64,000 nt of DNA from Legionellaceae bacterium (GTDB taxonomy: Bacteria; Pseudomonadota; Gammaproteobacteria; UBA12402). This document shows, in pieces, positions 18,889 to 29,754 of the stretch; the stretch's first letter is position 1, and each line of letters opens with the position of its first letter. The notes beneath the pieces are model-generated. The model was not told the origin of the DNA. It saw nothing but the letters and a program-made list of their open reading frames with translations, and searched no databases. The stretch spans positions 1,865-65,864 of the forward strand of contig PANR01000018.1 of the NCBI GenBank assembly GCA_002707695.1, given 5' to 3'. The position numbers and the translations under genes are program-made.

Positions 18889-20940
18889 ATGCAAATTTTA
18901 AGAGCAACTGGTGATAAAATAAAAACTGCGCTTTTGAAAACATTCCATGCCTATACTCAGCTTAATTCTGAACAAAAAACGCGTCTAACCCTTGCGCTCT
19001 TGATTTTTTTTACTGGATTTTTCCTCAGATTTGCCTACCTGAAGTATCAAGGCTTTTGGGACAGTGATGAATATGCGTCATATGCAGCCATGATGGGACA
19101 AATTCTTCAAGGAGACTTGTCTCATTTTTTGGGTGGCAATATGTGGGGGAGACCTTTTGGGTTCTTAACCTCGTATTTTTTCATGAAAATCTTCGGCTTC
19201 ACCCCTTACGCAATTCACATTAAAAGCGCACTACTTGGATTTTGTACCATTGTAATAGGCTACATCATTGGGGAGAAACACTTGTGTAAAAATGCTGGGT
19301 TATTTGCAGCAGCATTAATAGCGAGTTCGTATGAGCTTGTTTACTACTCACGCACAATGAAAATGACAGCCCCGTCTATGTTTTTCTGCGCACTGGCAAT
19401 ATGGATTTTATTTGAAATCATAGACAACCCCGGCACCCAGCGGCATGCTTTGTGCGGACTGATGTTAGGTTTTATGCTCACCACACACCCTGCGACCATC
19501 CCCATGACAGCAACTATCTTACTTATGCTTGCCATTGTAACAATCGCAAAGGAAAAAAAAATTGGGCAATCGCTAAACTATGGTCTTCTCACCTTGCTAG
19601 GCCTCCTCACCCCCATCATTGGCTGTGAATTGTTTTACCTTAGCGCAAAAATTTTGCCATGGTGGCATACCGCACCCAACATAGATTACATGAAATTTTT
19701 ATTCTTCTACAACCAACATGGGCCAGCTAACCTACAACATGTAAAACCTCATATTTCTTCTTTTCTCGGTGAAATAACAAATAACGGTAAAGCTCTCTTG
19801 TATCTTATAGGGGCTGGGCAGGCAATTTCCCTGATTGCTTTGCTTAAAGGAAAAATTAAACCCTTTTTACTCAGCATGATATTTTGGCTGCCGATTTTAA
19901 TCTACACCTATATCCTGCACCCTGTAGTGGCTGAACGCAATATTTTTACATCTCTATTTCCGGGCTGCTTGATTGGGGGGTATTTTTTTGCATACCTCAT
20001 TAATCAGACCAAACTAACATCGTTCCTTAAATCTTTCGCCATAGCAATCACATCATTCGCGCTCCTGACCTATGGAATTCCCAAAAGCCTTCCTATCATC
20101 AAAAATGCATCGGCCGCACAGAACATATATGATTATATTGGCAGCCAACAGGCCTCTATGACCCGCCCCTCCAAAAGCGTATATCAGTGGGAACATTACT
20201 ACTTCACAAACAGTTCGCTTTCCGTTGACAATTGGAGTGATGTGTTAAAAAATTTTCTACTGAACCGAGCTAATTATCTCATCCAACTCACCCCCTCCTG
20301 GACAAACGCTACTGGCTTTGAAGACACACAAAAATATGCAACTCAATTTAGGACGGCAGAGAGTCATGGTGGATTTTCTGTTTACTATCTCTACAATCCA
20401 AAACAGCTCGAAAAAATTTTGAAAGATAAATTTTCTCTGACAAAAATCAAATCAATTAATCTAAAAAGATTTTCTTCACTGACTGGCATACAAAAAAGTC
20501 AAAGCAACAAATATATGTTTGAAAAAAAAGCAAAGCAAATTATTATTAACATCCCAACTGACGCCAACCTCCTAGCAATTAGTGGGAGAATTCCCCTTAA
20601 TCCCGATATCGGAGAAAGTATTAATATTGCAATTGGAAACAAAAGCAAACCCACTCTGTACACCTTAAAATCTTTTTCTCCTCATGAAAACGGGGCGTTA
20701 TTACCCAACGAGAAAGAAACTAACATTTTTTATGTCTGGGAACTAGCTGGTAAAAAACTCACTCAACTGACTCTGTCCCCCTTGCTGACCAAGCGTTTAT
20801 CGCTGCGCGCTTTGCTGAGAAACTTTCCAGAAGCATTTGCCTATTTTTTTGCAACTGACAAAAAACAAATAAAAGGCTTTTCTGTCACCTTCTATCACAT
20901 CCCTAACAAATATCTACCAAAAAATATGCCGTCGATTTAA
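18889..20940 (+). CDS. GT-C fold glycosyltransferase (ArnT/PMT-like); paralog 2
   Basis: The 683-aa protein has the motif FWDSDEYASY. It is collinear and highly similar to 7425..9491 (for example GGNMWGRPFGFLTSYFFMK and SAAQNIYD). Confidence 0.6.
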   Translation: MQILRATGDKIKTALLKTFHAYTQLNSEQKTRLTLALLIFFTGFFLRFAYLKYQGFWDSDEYASYAAMMGQILQGDLSHFLGGNMWGRPFGFLTSYFFMKIFGFTPYAIHIKSALLGFCTIVIGYIIGEKHLCKNAGLFAAALIASSYELVYYSRTMKMTAPSMFFCALAIWILFEIIDNPGTQRHALCGLMLGFMLTTHPATIPMTATILLMLAIVTIAKEKKIGQSLNYGLLTLLGLLTPIIGCELFYLSAKILPWWHTAPNIDYMKFLFFYNQHGPANLQHVKPHISSFLGEITNNGKALLYLIGAGQAISLIALLKGKIKPFLLSMIFWLPILIYTYILHPVVAERNIFTSLFPGCLIGGYFFAYLINQTKLTSFLKSFAIAITSFALLTYGIPKSLPIIKNASAAQNIYDYIGSQQASMTRPSKSVYQWEHYYFTNSSLSVDNWSDVLKNFLLNRANYLIQLTPSWTNATGFEDTQKYATQFRTAESHGGFSVYYLYNPKQLEKILKDKFSLTKIKSINLKRFSSLTGIQKSQSNKYMFEKKAKQIIINIPTDANLLAISGRIPLNPDIGESINIAIGNKSKPTLYTLKSFSPHENGALLPNEKETNIFYVWELAGKKLTQLTLSPLLTKRLSLRALLRNFPEAFAYFFATDKKQIKGFSVTFYHIPNKYLPKNMPSI

Positions 20941-21000
20941 TGGTGGATCTTTTTTGCAGTTGCTTAACATGGATACCATGCTGTCTCAACTTAAACAACA

Positions 21001-21987
21001 TCATTCTTCCCAGCTCGACTCACACCTAGTGTCTCGAGATGAGTCCATGTCAAACCACATAGCAAAAAATAAAGACTGGAAGCCTGAAATAACTAAAAAA
21101 GCTGCAAACAATGCTGAGGTTGCTGCAACAGAATGGCCAAGCAGTCTTGTCACAACGAGAACCAAACCAAACACTGAGCCCAGTGGCAACACAACAATAG
21201 ATAATAAATAAAACAATACTAGCGGATGAAAATCACGAATGATATATTTTTCCTTCATCCGCCAAAAAAAACATTTGAACAATATGATTGATAGTGACCA
21301 TGTTGCGGAAAAAAGCCCAATACTAGAAACCTCACCGACACCATAAACCGGCTTTGTATGAATATCGCATACACGAAACTGATGTATATTAAGCGCTACT
21401 AACACTATATTTGGCAACCCGTAGCGACGATACAGTTTTTCCAATTTAACTGCTTTAAGTGCACGTAACGATATCGCAGTATAACCATTTTGGGGATCAC
21501 CCACATGCCAATACCCAGATGCAATTTTGGTCAAAAAAGATAAAATGGCGCTGCCCAAATATCGACCCTTGGGAAAATCATCTCGCGCACCTTCAATAAG
21601 CAGCCTATTTCCTTTTGTATAATCCGCTTTGTTAGCAACAATTGGCTCAATATAACGGTGTAGCTGCTCAGGGTCCATCTGCGCATCACCTGCCATTACA
21701 GCTGTCACCTCCATATTGTTATCTCTTGCCCATCGATATCCTGTTGCTACCGCCCCACCAGGCCCTGCATTCTTTTTATGTTCGATTAAAACAAGACGAT
21801 CCGCATATGATTTTTTAATTTTCTTGACGACTGCAACAGTATCATCTTTACTCTTATCATCAACCACAACCATTCGGTCAACATAATCGGGCATCGTTGT
21901 TATCACTTTTTCAATTTGGCGAGCTTCATTGTAGGCCGGAATGACAACACAGATTGACTTGCCTTTAAACATGTTTATGATCTCCAA
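21001..21987 (-). CDS. GT2 polyprenyl-phosphate glycosyltransferase (GtrB/ArnC-like) with two C-terminal TM helices
   Basis: The protein has the motifs VVIPAYNE, DDKSKDDT and MAGDAQMDP, plus a C-terminal hydrophobic hairpin. Confidence 0.75.
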   Translation of the reverse strand: MEIINMFKGKSICVVIPAYNEARQIEKVITTMPDYVDRMVVVDDKSKDDTVAVVKKIKKSYADRLVLIEHKKNAGPGGAVATGYRWARDNNMEVTAVMAGDAQMDPEQLHRYIEPIVANKADYTKGNRLLIEGARDDFPKGRYLGSAILSFLTKIASGYWHVGDPQNGYTAISLRALKAVKLEKLYRRYGLPNIVLVALNIHQFRVCDIHTKPVYGVGEVSSIGLFSATWSLSIILFKCFFWRMKEKYIIRDFHPLVLFYLLSIVVLPLGSVFGLVLVVTRLLGHSVAATSALFAAFLVISGFQSLFFAMWFDMDSSRDTRCESSWEE

Positions 21988-22127
21988 CGATTCAATGATA
22001 CCATCCTAACGGTTTCCACAAAATATTCAACGTTATTAACAATATTGAACATATTATCGTTTGCTGGCATTGACAACTTCGGCTATCATGACCCCGTTTA
22101 ACCACCCAGGCAAGCGATGAGCGAAAA

Positions 22128-22721
22128 ATGAGCTTTAAAACGGGCAACAACTGTCAAATACAAGAGCATGCTCTAGTTGGATTTATGTATAAGCAGGGTT
22201 GCCAGGAAACCCGCCTGGGCAATAATTGTATTGTAAGAGCGTTTACTATCATTTATGAAGATGTAGTCATTGGCGACAACTTTAAAACTGGCCATCACGC
22301 ACTCATCAGAGAGCACACCAACATTGGTAGCAACATTGTTGTGGGCTCAAACAGTATCATTGATGGTCATTCGAGCATTGGCAATAAAGTGAAGATAGAA
22401 AGCCAAGTATATATTCCCACACACACAACCATTGGCGATAACGTCTTTATCGGGCCTGGAGCAACTCTAACAAATGACCGCTATCCTCAACGATGCAGAA
22501 ATGAATATAGACCTGAAGGACCCACTCTTGAAAATGGTGTGACCATCGGAGCCAATGCAATTATATTACCTGGAAAACGAATTGGGGAAGGAGCATTTGT
22601 AGCGGCCGGCACGGTTGTAACAAAAGATATCCCTCCTTGGACATTGGCAAAAGGATCCTCTTGCACACTTTCACCACTCCCAGAACACCTGCGAGAGCTG
22701 AACGAGGCAATCCATTGGTAA
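22128..22721 (+). CDS. left-handed beta-helix (hexapeptide repeat) sugar N-acetyltransferase
   Basis: The protein has repeating [LIV]G-x-x-x-x hexapeptides (IGDNVFIGPGATL, IGANAIILPG). Confidence 0.7.
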   Translation: MSFKTGNNCQIQEHALVGFMYKQGCQETRLGNNCIVRAFTIIYEDVVIGDNFKTGHHALIREHTNIGSNIVVGSNSIIDGHSSIGNKVKIESQVYIPTHTTIGDNVFIGPGATLTNDRYPQRCRNEYRPEGPTLENGVTIGANAIILPGKRIGEGAFVAAGTVVTKDIPPWTLAKGSSCTLSPLPEHLRELNEAIHW

Positions 22722-22731
22722 GAGGTATATA

Positions 22732-23730
22732 ATGAGAATCGGTGTCGTTGGCGCAGGTAAAATCGCACAAAAGCATATTGCTAGCTATCAAGGATTAAAC
22801 ATAGAAGACATCTATGTTTTTGACAGTAACCCGGCTGCTGCCAAAAAAATTGCAAAAGAACATAATGCTAAATGTACCAATAGTCTCGAAGAAATAATCA
22901 ATTCTGTTGATGTTATTGATGTTTGCACGCCTGTAAAAACGCACAGAAACATCATTCTTCAGTCGCTCAGTCAAAAAAAGCATATTTTCTGTGAAAAACC
23001 CCTCTGTGAGACAGTTGATGAAGCCAATGAGATAAAAAGAGCTGTCGAAAAATCGAAAACACATCTAATGACTGGTTATTTGTATCGGTTTCACCCCAAA
23101 TTTCAGCAAGTTAAAAAATGGTTAGATCGAGGGATTATTGGAGACATTCATTTTGGCATTTTTCGCGTCGGTGGACGCGGCAACCACAAAAAATGGAAGC
23201 ACCTTAAAGAAACTGGTGGTGGATGCATCAATGAAATGCTTGTTCACAAGCTTGATCTCATTAATTTTTTATTTAGCAGAATTTCTGATGTAAAGCTTTT
23301 AACGTGTGACATCATACTAAAGGAACGCATTATTGATGGAGAGAAATTTAAAGCAACAGCCGAAGATAATCTATCACTCAGCCTTAAAGCGGGCAACTGC
23401 AAACTCATCTGTCAAGCAGACTTCACAACACCATGCTATATGGAATATATAGAACTACATGGCTCGAAGGGGTCTATTTTTACGAGCATATTAGACAGCT
23501 TACCAACAGCATTATACTTAAATGAGCCTATCGATGGATATAAAATGGGAAACAATTTTATTCCCCCTGAAATGACTCCCAACTTATTTGAGCTTGAGCT
23601 AAAGCATTTTATTGACTCAATTAAAAATCAAACAGAAAACACAAGCAACATAAACGATTCGATCAAACTACTAAAAATAACAGAGTCTATCGAAAAGCAA
23701 GCGGAGAAATTCAATGCTGAATATTGCTGA
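22732..23730 (+). CDS. Gfo/Idh/MocA-family NAD-dependent sugar oxidoreductase (WbpB/GnnA-like)
   Basis: The N-terminus has a Rossmann fold (MRIGVVGAGKIAQKH) and the EKP motif (FCEKPL). Confidence 0.75.
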   Translation: MRIGVVGAGKIAQKHIASYQGLNIEDIYVFDSNPAAAKKIAKEHNAKCTNSLEEIINSVDVIDVCTPVKTHRNIILQSLSQKKHIFCEKPLCETVDEANEIKRAVEKSKTHLMTGYLYRFHPKFQQVKKWLDRGIIGDIHFGIFRVGGRGNHKKWKHLKETGGGCINEMLVHKLDLINFLFSRISDVKLLTCDIILKERIIDGEKFKATAEDNLSLSLKAGNCKLICQADFTTPCYMEYIELHGSKGSIFTSILDSLPTALYLNEPIDGYKMGNNFIPPEMTPNLFELELKHFIDSIKNQTENTSNINDSIKLLKITESIEKQAEKFNAEYC

Positions 23731-24799
23731 AATTGAAATGGGCGAAGAAGAAATTAATGCTGCTGTAGATGTGCTGCGCTCAGGAAAGCTTTGTGAGGGA
23801 GAAAAATGTGCTGAATTCGAGAAAGAATTTGCAAAGTTAGTGGGAGCAAAATACGCAACAACTTGCTCTAGCGGAACGACAGCACTTCATACAGCTTTTC
23901 TCAATTTAATTGAGCCTGGCGATGAAGTACTCATCCCGGCGATCACCTTTTTTGCTACTGCAGCCATGGTCATCTATGCTGGCGGTGTTCCTGTTTTTTG
24001 CGACATTGACCCCAAAACATATTGCATTGACATCTCAGACGCGAGAAATAAGCTCACAAAAAAAACGCGTGCAATTGCTCCAGTCCATTTGTTCGGCAAT
24101 GCTTGTGATATTGATGAAGTTAATAAGCTTGCTAAAGAGCATGACTTGAAAATAATTTTTGATGCGGCGCAGGCGCACCTAACAAAATATAAAGACGCAG
24201 ACGTAGGCTCATTCGGTGACGCAGTATGCTACTCTTTTTATGCAACTAAAAACATGACGACGGGCGGTGAAGGTGGCATGATAGTTTCAAACAGCGATGA
24301 GTTCATTAAACAGTGCATTTTACTTAAACGTCAAGGCCAGCAAAAAAAATATTATCATACAATTACTGGCACCAACTACCGAATGACTGATATGCAAGCA
24401 GCAGTGGGTCTTGCACAGCTAAAAAAACTACCGGAATTTACTCGAAAGCGACAAACGAATGCTGATCAGCTTGATACCGAATTAAAGGCGTTGCCCCAGA
24501 TTATCACTCCTTATGTTGCTCCTGAAACAACACATTCGTATCACCAGTATACTATTCAACTTCCACCGGAAGTTAATCGGGATAAATTCGTTCAGGCGTT
24601 AAAAGATAGACAAATCGGCTCTGGCATCAATTATCCAACGCCCTTGCATCAACAGCCTGCACTCAAACAGTATTCACCCGGCAATATCATCGAAGCCGAA
24701 CAATTTTCTACCCGATGCGTTTCGCTCCCTGTCCACCCCAAGGTCGGACCAGATGATGTAAAAAAAATTGCATCCGCAACAAGAGAGTTATTGGCATAG
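23714..24799 (+). CDS. DegT-family PLP aminotransferase (WbpE/GnnB-like)
   Basis: The 361-aa protein has family motifs (GEEEINAAVDVLRSG.., YATKNM). Confidence 0.8.
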   Translation: MLNIAEIEMGEEEINAAVDVLRSGKLCEGEKCAEFEKEFAKLVGAKYATTCSSGTTALHTAFLNLIEPGDEVLIPAITFFATAAMVIYAGGVPVFCDIDPKTYCIDISDARNKLTKKTRAIAPVHLFGNACDIDEVNKLAKEHDLKIIFDAAQAHLTKYKDADVGSFGDAVCYSFYATKNMTTGGEGGMIVSNSDEFIKQCILLKRQGQQKKYYHTITGTNYRMTDMQAAVGLAQLKKLPEFTRKRQTNADQLDTELKALPQIITPYVAPETTHSYHQYTIQLPPEVNRDKFVQALKDRQIGSGINYPTPLHQQPALKQYSPGNIIEAEQFSTRCVSLPVHPKVGPDDVKKIASATRELLA

Positions 24800-24822
24800 C
24801 GGGTAAAGAATAGTGGAAATAA

Positions 24823-25413
24823 CTAGCCTTTAGCAAAACAAACCCCATCCTTCAATAGATACGTTTTCATTTCTTGAGAACACATCACCTCACTATCACC
24901 CACCAAAGGCAATGCCAAACGCTCTCCATATTCACTCATCCAACCCACTTGTTTAGCAGGCACGCCAACCATTAAGGCATAATCAGGCACATCTTTTGTG
25001 ACAACCGCGCCAGCGCCGATAAATGCGTAACGGCCAACGGTAACGCCACACAAAATTGTGCAATTCGCGCCAAGAGTTGCACCTCGTTTGACGAGCGTTG
25101 GTTTATACTCATGCTTACGTTCTATAGCGGACCGAGGATTAATCACATTAGTAAACACCATGCTCGGCCCACAAAAAACCTCGTCCTCTAATGTCACGCA
25201 ATCATAAACCGATACATTATTTTGAATTTTAACGCGGTCACCAATCTTAACCTTATTGCCAACATAAACATTTTGCCCTAATGAACAATAACTGCCAATT
25301 TCTGCTGTTGAACAAACATGCACCCAATGCCAAATACGTGAACCCTCGCCTATTTGCGCACCCTGATCAATGATTGCAGTCTCATGTTTTGTATAACTCA
25401 TAACGCCATTCAC
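24823..25413 (-). CDS. hexapeptide-repeat N-acetyltransferase (WbpD-like)
   Basis: The 196-aa LbH protein ([13 protein letters not shown].., [13 protein letters not shown]) is immediately downstream of WbpB-like and WbpA-like genes. Confidence 0.75.
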   Translation of the reverse strand: MNGVMSYTKHETAIIDQGAQIGEGSRIWHWVHVCSTAEIGSYCSLGQNVYVGNKVKIGDRVKIQNNVSVYDCVTLEDEVFCGPSMVFTNVINPRSAIERKHEYKPTLVKRGATLGANCTILCGVTVGRYAFIGAGAVVTKDVPDYALMVGVPAKQVGWMSEYGERLALPLVGDSEVMCSQEMKTYLLKDGVCFAKG

Positions 25414-25414
25414 T

Positions 25415-26449
25415 TTATGTTAACGGTAACAACACCAAACTACCTGTTTGGGCTGACTTATATGCTGCGCTAATACACTCAAGCGATTTTAAACCCTCAG
25501 CACCATCAATCACCTTGGTTTTTTTATCATTTTGCATCGAATCAATCACGGCTTGATAATACAGCCGCATGCAATATGCTGCAACTGAACCGTCAATTTT
25601 ACATATGTTTTGTATGTCCGCATCAGAAGGCTGTTCGTCAGCAAACTGCCAATGCACCACTTCATCAAGCGCTACACCACCAATGTTGATGGTACCGCGT
25701 TCACCTAAAATAGTGATTGAAGTTTCGATGTTCTTAGGATAAGTCAACATGGTTACAGCAAAACTGCCGAACGCACCCGACTGAAACTCAAGGTTTAAAA
25801 CACTCGTGTCTTCCATTTCAATGTTTCTTGCCAGTGTTGCTGATCGCGCCTGCACAGATTGAAGATCACCCATAAACCAACAAAGCAAATCGACATAATG
25901 ACTGGCTTGGTTCATCAACGCGCCGCCATCAAATTTTTTTGTGCCCCGCCAAGATGCTTCATCGTAGTAATGTTGCGGTCTGGTCCAAAAGATATTCGAT
26001 GTTGCCAGATAGATTTTTCCAAAGCGCCCTTGCTCAATGGCTCGTTTTATCGCTTGCATGATCGGCAAATAACGCATTTGTTTCACCGTAAAAAGCTGCA
26101 CGCCATTTTCTCGACATGCTTGAACCATTTTTTTTGCATCAGCATATTCAATAGCCAGTGGCTTTTCGCAAATAACATGTTTTTTTGCATTTGCGATTTT
26201 GATAACTTGTTCAGCGTGTAACCCGCTTGGCGTACACACCACAACAAGGTCTATATCACGTGAAAGCAGAAGCTCATCAAGCGAAGAAAACGTAACAACG
26301 CCACGAGATGAAAATTGGACTAAACGTTCTGCGTTAAGATCGCAAACTGCTTTTAATTCGATACTCTCTGCACAATGCTCAATGGCATCAAGATGTTTTT
26401 TTGCATTTTGTCCACACCCAAGTATCGCAACCTGAATTTTTTTAGCCAT
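25415..26449 (-). CDS. Gfo/Idh/MocA oxidoreductase (WbpB-like UDP-GlcNAcA 3-dehydrogenase)
   Basis: The protein has the motifs [13 protein letters not shown] and ICEKPL. Confidence 0.75.
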   Translation of the reverse strand: MAKKIQVAILGCGQNAKKHLDAIEHCAESIELKAVCDLNAERLVQFSSRGVVTFSSLDELLLSRDIDLVVVCTPSGLHAEQVIKIANAKKHVICEKPLAIEYADAKKMVQACRENGVQLFTVKQMRYLPIMQAIKRAIEQGRFGKIYLATSNIFWTRPQHYYDEASWRGTKKFDGGALMNQASHYVDLLCWFMGDLQSVQARSATLARNIEMEDTSVLNLEFQSGAFGSFAVTMLTYPKNIETSITILGERGTINIGGVALDEVVHWQFADEQPSDADIQNICKIDGSVAAYCMRLYYQAVIDSMQNDKKTKVIDGAEGLKSLECISAAYKSAQTGSLVLLPLT

Positions 26450-26460
26450 CCGCCCGACCT

Positions 26461-27786
26461 TTAAGCCCTAACAACATTATGAGTTAGCCTGGTATAAACA
26501 CCACGTGTATCAACAATTAGTTTTGCATGCTTTTTTACCAACGCATAATCAACGTCATCATGCCCTGTGGCAATAATGACAGCGTCAACACTCTCAACTT
26601 CTGTTGACGTGAGTTCAATACTCACTAAATTGAACTGGTGCTTACGCATTCTTGGAAACTCAGGGACAAAAGGGTCATGATACGATATTTTAGCTCCTTT
26701 CTTCTCTAATAACTCCATCAAAAAAACAGCAGGCGATTCACGCATATCATCCACATTTTTTTTATAGGCAATGCCGAGCAACAAGATCTTAGCACCCCTT
26801 AAGGCTTTACCCTGATCATTTAACTTATCCATTAATTTATTTAACACCCACTCAGGCATGCCATTATTAATCTCACCAGCAAGCTCAATGAAACGTGTAT
26901 GAATACCGTACTCTCTTGCTTTCCAAGTTAAATAAAAGGGATCAATTGGAATACAATGCCCACCAATTCCCGGACCGGGATAATAAGGCACAAAACCAAA
27001 TGGCTTGGTAGCCGCTGCATTTATCACCTCGAATATATCAATGCCCATCTTGTCCGCGACCATCTTCATTTCATTAACCAGCCCAATGTTAACGGCTCGA
27101 TGAATATTTTCGAGTAACTTAGTCATCTCAGCAACTCTCAACGAACTAACTGGCACAACTTGTTTGACAACTTGTGCGTATAACGCCATCCCAACTGCCA
27201 AACAGTCTTCCGTCAACCCGGCACAAAGCTTAGGAATTGTAGAAGTATTAAACTTGACATTCGCTGGGTCCTCTCGCTCTGGCGAATACACAAGGAAAAA
27301 GTCTTGTCCAACCGTAAAACCCCTGCTGTCGATATAGGGTTTAATGATTTCCTCAACGGTACCTGGGTAAGTTGTGCTTTCAAACGAAAGTACTTGTCCT
27401 TTTTTCAAAAATGGTTGTATTGACGCCATGGTGGCTTCGACAAAACTCAGATCAGGCTCACGATAATCATCGAGCGGCGTTGGCACACAAATGATGATGG
27501 CATCTACCTCACTGATACGTGACATATCCGCAGTAACAGCAAACCCAGCGCGCTTAGCTGTTATAATACGATCTGCTTTAATATGACGAATAGTGCAAGT
27601 GCCACTATTTAATTTGGTAACACATCGCTCATCAATGTCAAAACCTTGAACAGCGTAGCCAGCCTCGGAGAAGTGCAAGGCTAGTGGCAAGCCAACATAG
27701 CCAACCCCAACAACACCAATAGTTGCCTGCTTAGCACCCAGCAATTGTAAGAGGTTATTTTTTATGGATTCCTCAACTAATAACAC
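26461..27786 (-). CDS. UDP-N-acetyl-hexosamine 6-dehydrogenase (WbpA/TviB/WecC family nucleotide-sugar dehydrogenase)
   Basis: The 441-aa protein has the N-terminal [13 protein letters not shown] motif and a catalytic Cys region (GGHCIPIDP). Confidence 0.8.
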   Translation of the reverse strand: MLLVEESIKNNLLQLLGAKQATIGVVGVGYVGLPLALHFSEAGYAVQGFDIDERCVTKLNSGTCTIRHIKADRIITAKRAGFAVTADMSRISEVDAIIICVPTPLDDYREPDLSFVEATMASIQPFLKKGQVLSFESTTYPGTVEEIIKPYIDSRGFTVGQDFFLVYSPEREDPANVKFNTSTIPKLCAGLTEDCLAVGMALYAQVVKQVVPVSSLRVAEMTKLLENIHRAVNIGLVNEMKMVADKMGIDIFEVINAAATKPFGFVPYYPGPGIGGHCIPIDPFYLTWKAREYGIHTRFIELAGEINNGMPEWVLNKLMDKLNDQGKALRGAKILLLGIAYKKNVDDMRESPAVFLMELLEKKGAKISYHDPFVPEFPRMRKHQFNLVSIELTSTEVESVDAVIIATGHDDVDYALVKKHAKLIVDTRGVYTRLTHNVVRA

Positions 27787-27888
27787 GAATTGTCTCCAAA
27801 TAAGTTTAGCGTAGTCTCTCTGGCAATATACGCGTGAGCGCTGTATATTAACACCTTATTGCGTGACACATAAAGCAACAAGACCAAT

Positions 27889-29754
27889 ATGAAAGTAAAA
27901 AATTTTCAGCTACCTCGACTTAAGCACACCATTGCGATGATATTGGTTGATGCTGTTTTAATCACCTTGGCTTGGGCTATCAGTTATTGGCTGCGGTTTA
28001 ACCTCTCTCTTCCACCTGCTCGTGATTTGTCCAATCTCATCACACTACTGCCAGTCGCCATTGGTGTGCAAAGTTTAAGTGCGTTTTTTTTTGGTGTATA
28101 CCGCGGCGTATGGCGTTACACGTCGGTCTCTGAGCTCGTTAAAATTATTAAATCAGCTGTGGCAACCAGTATTTTATTGACATTATTTGCTTTTTTCTCC
28201 ACAGAAAAACACATATTACCGCGGTCAATTCCATTGCTGTTTGCCATCATGAACACTATGTTTTTAGGTGGCGGTCGAATGGCATATCGCCTGCTGAGAG
28301 ACTATAAGGCCAAAAGCCCTATAAAGAAACGTGCTCTCATCATAGGCGCGGGTTCTGCAGCCGAAACCTTAATTAGAAATTTGCAACGTAATAATGCACG
28401 AGGTTACCAGCTGGTTGGGCTTATTGACGACGACCCCAAAAAACTTGGCAAAGAAATTCATGGGGTGCGTGTTATCGGAACTATTAAACAACTTCCTAAA
28501 ATTGCCCAACAAAAAAGAGCCTCTTTAATTTTAATTGCGATACCATCAGCCAACCCAAATGTGATGCAGAAAATTGTTGAGCACTGTGAAAAAACGAACT
28601 TACCGTATCGCACTCTACCCAATTTACACGATATTGCAACAGGCCGAGCCAGTGTAACAACCATTCGAGAAGTTGTGCTAGAAGACCTGTTAAGCCGTGA
28701 TCCTGTCGAGCTTGACCTACCTATGCTAACTAGCGCCATAAAGAATAAAGTTATTTTGGTAACCGGCGGTGGTGGATCAATCGGCTCAGAATTATGCCTG
28801 CAAATCGCCCAACTATTACCAAAGCAACTCATTGTTGTAGACAACAATGAATACAATCTATACAAAATTAATCAAGAGCTAAACAAAAAAATAGTTAGTA
28901 GAAGCGTTTATTACCACCTCATGAGCATCACAGATGAAGTTTTTGTCAAAAGGCTGATAACTCATCATAAACCGGACATCGTTTTTCATGCGGCTGCCTA
29001 TAAACATGTGCCACTTCTAGAAACACAGCCAAACATAGCCGTTCAGAATAATATGATTGGCACTGGAATTTTAGCTAGAGCTGCAATTGCAGCCAATGTT
29101 GGGAAATTTGTTCTTATTTCGACTGACAAAGCCGTTAACCCAACCAACGTCATGGGCGCAAGCAAACGGGGCGCCGAACTTATCTGTCAATATCTCAGCG
29201 CTCAGCAAACAACGGCTTTCATCACTGTAAGGTTTGGCAATGTGCTGGGCTCAGCAGGCAGCGTTATCCCCCTCTTTAAAAAGCAAATTGCTCAGGGTGG
29301 CCCCGTCACTGTCACACACCCAGAGATCACCCGTTATTTTATGACGATACCTGAAGCTTGCCAGCTTATTTTACAGGCCGCTAGCATGGGAGAAAACGGT
29401 GATTTATTTGTGCTAGACATGGGAGAACCCATCAAAATTCAATACTTGGCTGAACAACTGATAAAATTAGCAAATAATACCCCTAACAAAGATATTAATA
29501 TTGAACATATTGGCCTGCGCCCGGGAGAAAAGTTATATGAAGAACTTTTCTATGATGAGGAAAAATTAATCAACACAAAAAATAGGAAAATTTTCTATGC
29601 GAAAACAAGCGCCATCAACACAGAAATTTTTTCACAAAAACTCAACGATCTTTTCGCTAGCAGCATGTCCAGCAAAAATGAGCTAACAAGAGAGCTGCTT
29701 TTTAACTTAATTTCGTCAGCTACAGTTCACGATCAACCTTTGTGCGAAACTTAG
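27889..29754 (+). CDS. membrane-anchored UDP-GlcNAc 4,6-dehydratase (WbpM/PglF/CapD)
   Basis: The 621-aa protein has 4 N-terminal TM helices followed by two Rossmann domains (IGAGSAAE, VTGGGGSIGSEL) and the motif STDKAVNPTNVMGASK. Confidence 0.85.
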   Translation: MKVKNFQLPRLKHTIAMILVDAVLITLAWAISYWLRFNLSLPPARDLSNLITLLPVAIGVQSLSAFFFGVYRGVWRYTSVSELVKIIKSAVATSILLTLFAFFSTEKHILPRSIPLLFAIMNTMFLGGGRMAYRLLRDYKAKSPIKKRALIIGAGSAAETLIRNLQRNNARGYQLVGLIDDDPKKLGKEIHGVRVIGTIKQLPKIAQQKRASLILIAIPSANPNVMQKIVEHCEKTNLPYRTLPNLHDIATGRASVTTIREVVLEDLLSRDPVELDLPMLTSAIKNKVILVTGGGGSIGSELCLQIAQLLPKQLIVVDNNEYNLYKINQELNKKIVSRSVYYHLMSITDEVFVKRLITHHKPDIVFHAAAYKHVPLLETQPNIAVQNNMIGTGILARAAIAANVGKFVLISTDKAVNPTNVMGASKRGAELICQYLSAQQTTAFITVRFGNVLGSAGSVIPLFKKQIAQGGPVTVTHPEITRYFMTIPEACQLILQAASMGENGDLFVLDMGEPIKIQYLAEQLIKLANNTPNKDINIEHIGLRPGEKLYEELFYDEEKLINTKNRKIFYAKTSAINTEIFSQKLNDLFASSMSSKNELTRELLFNLISSATVHDQPLCET

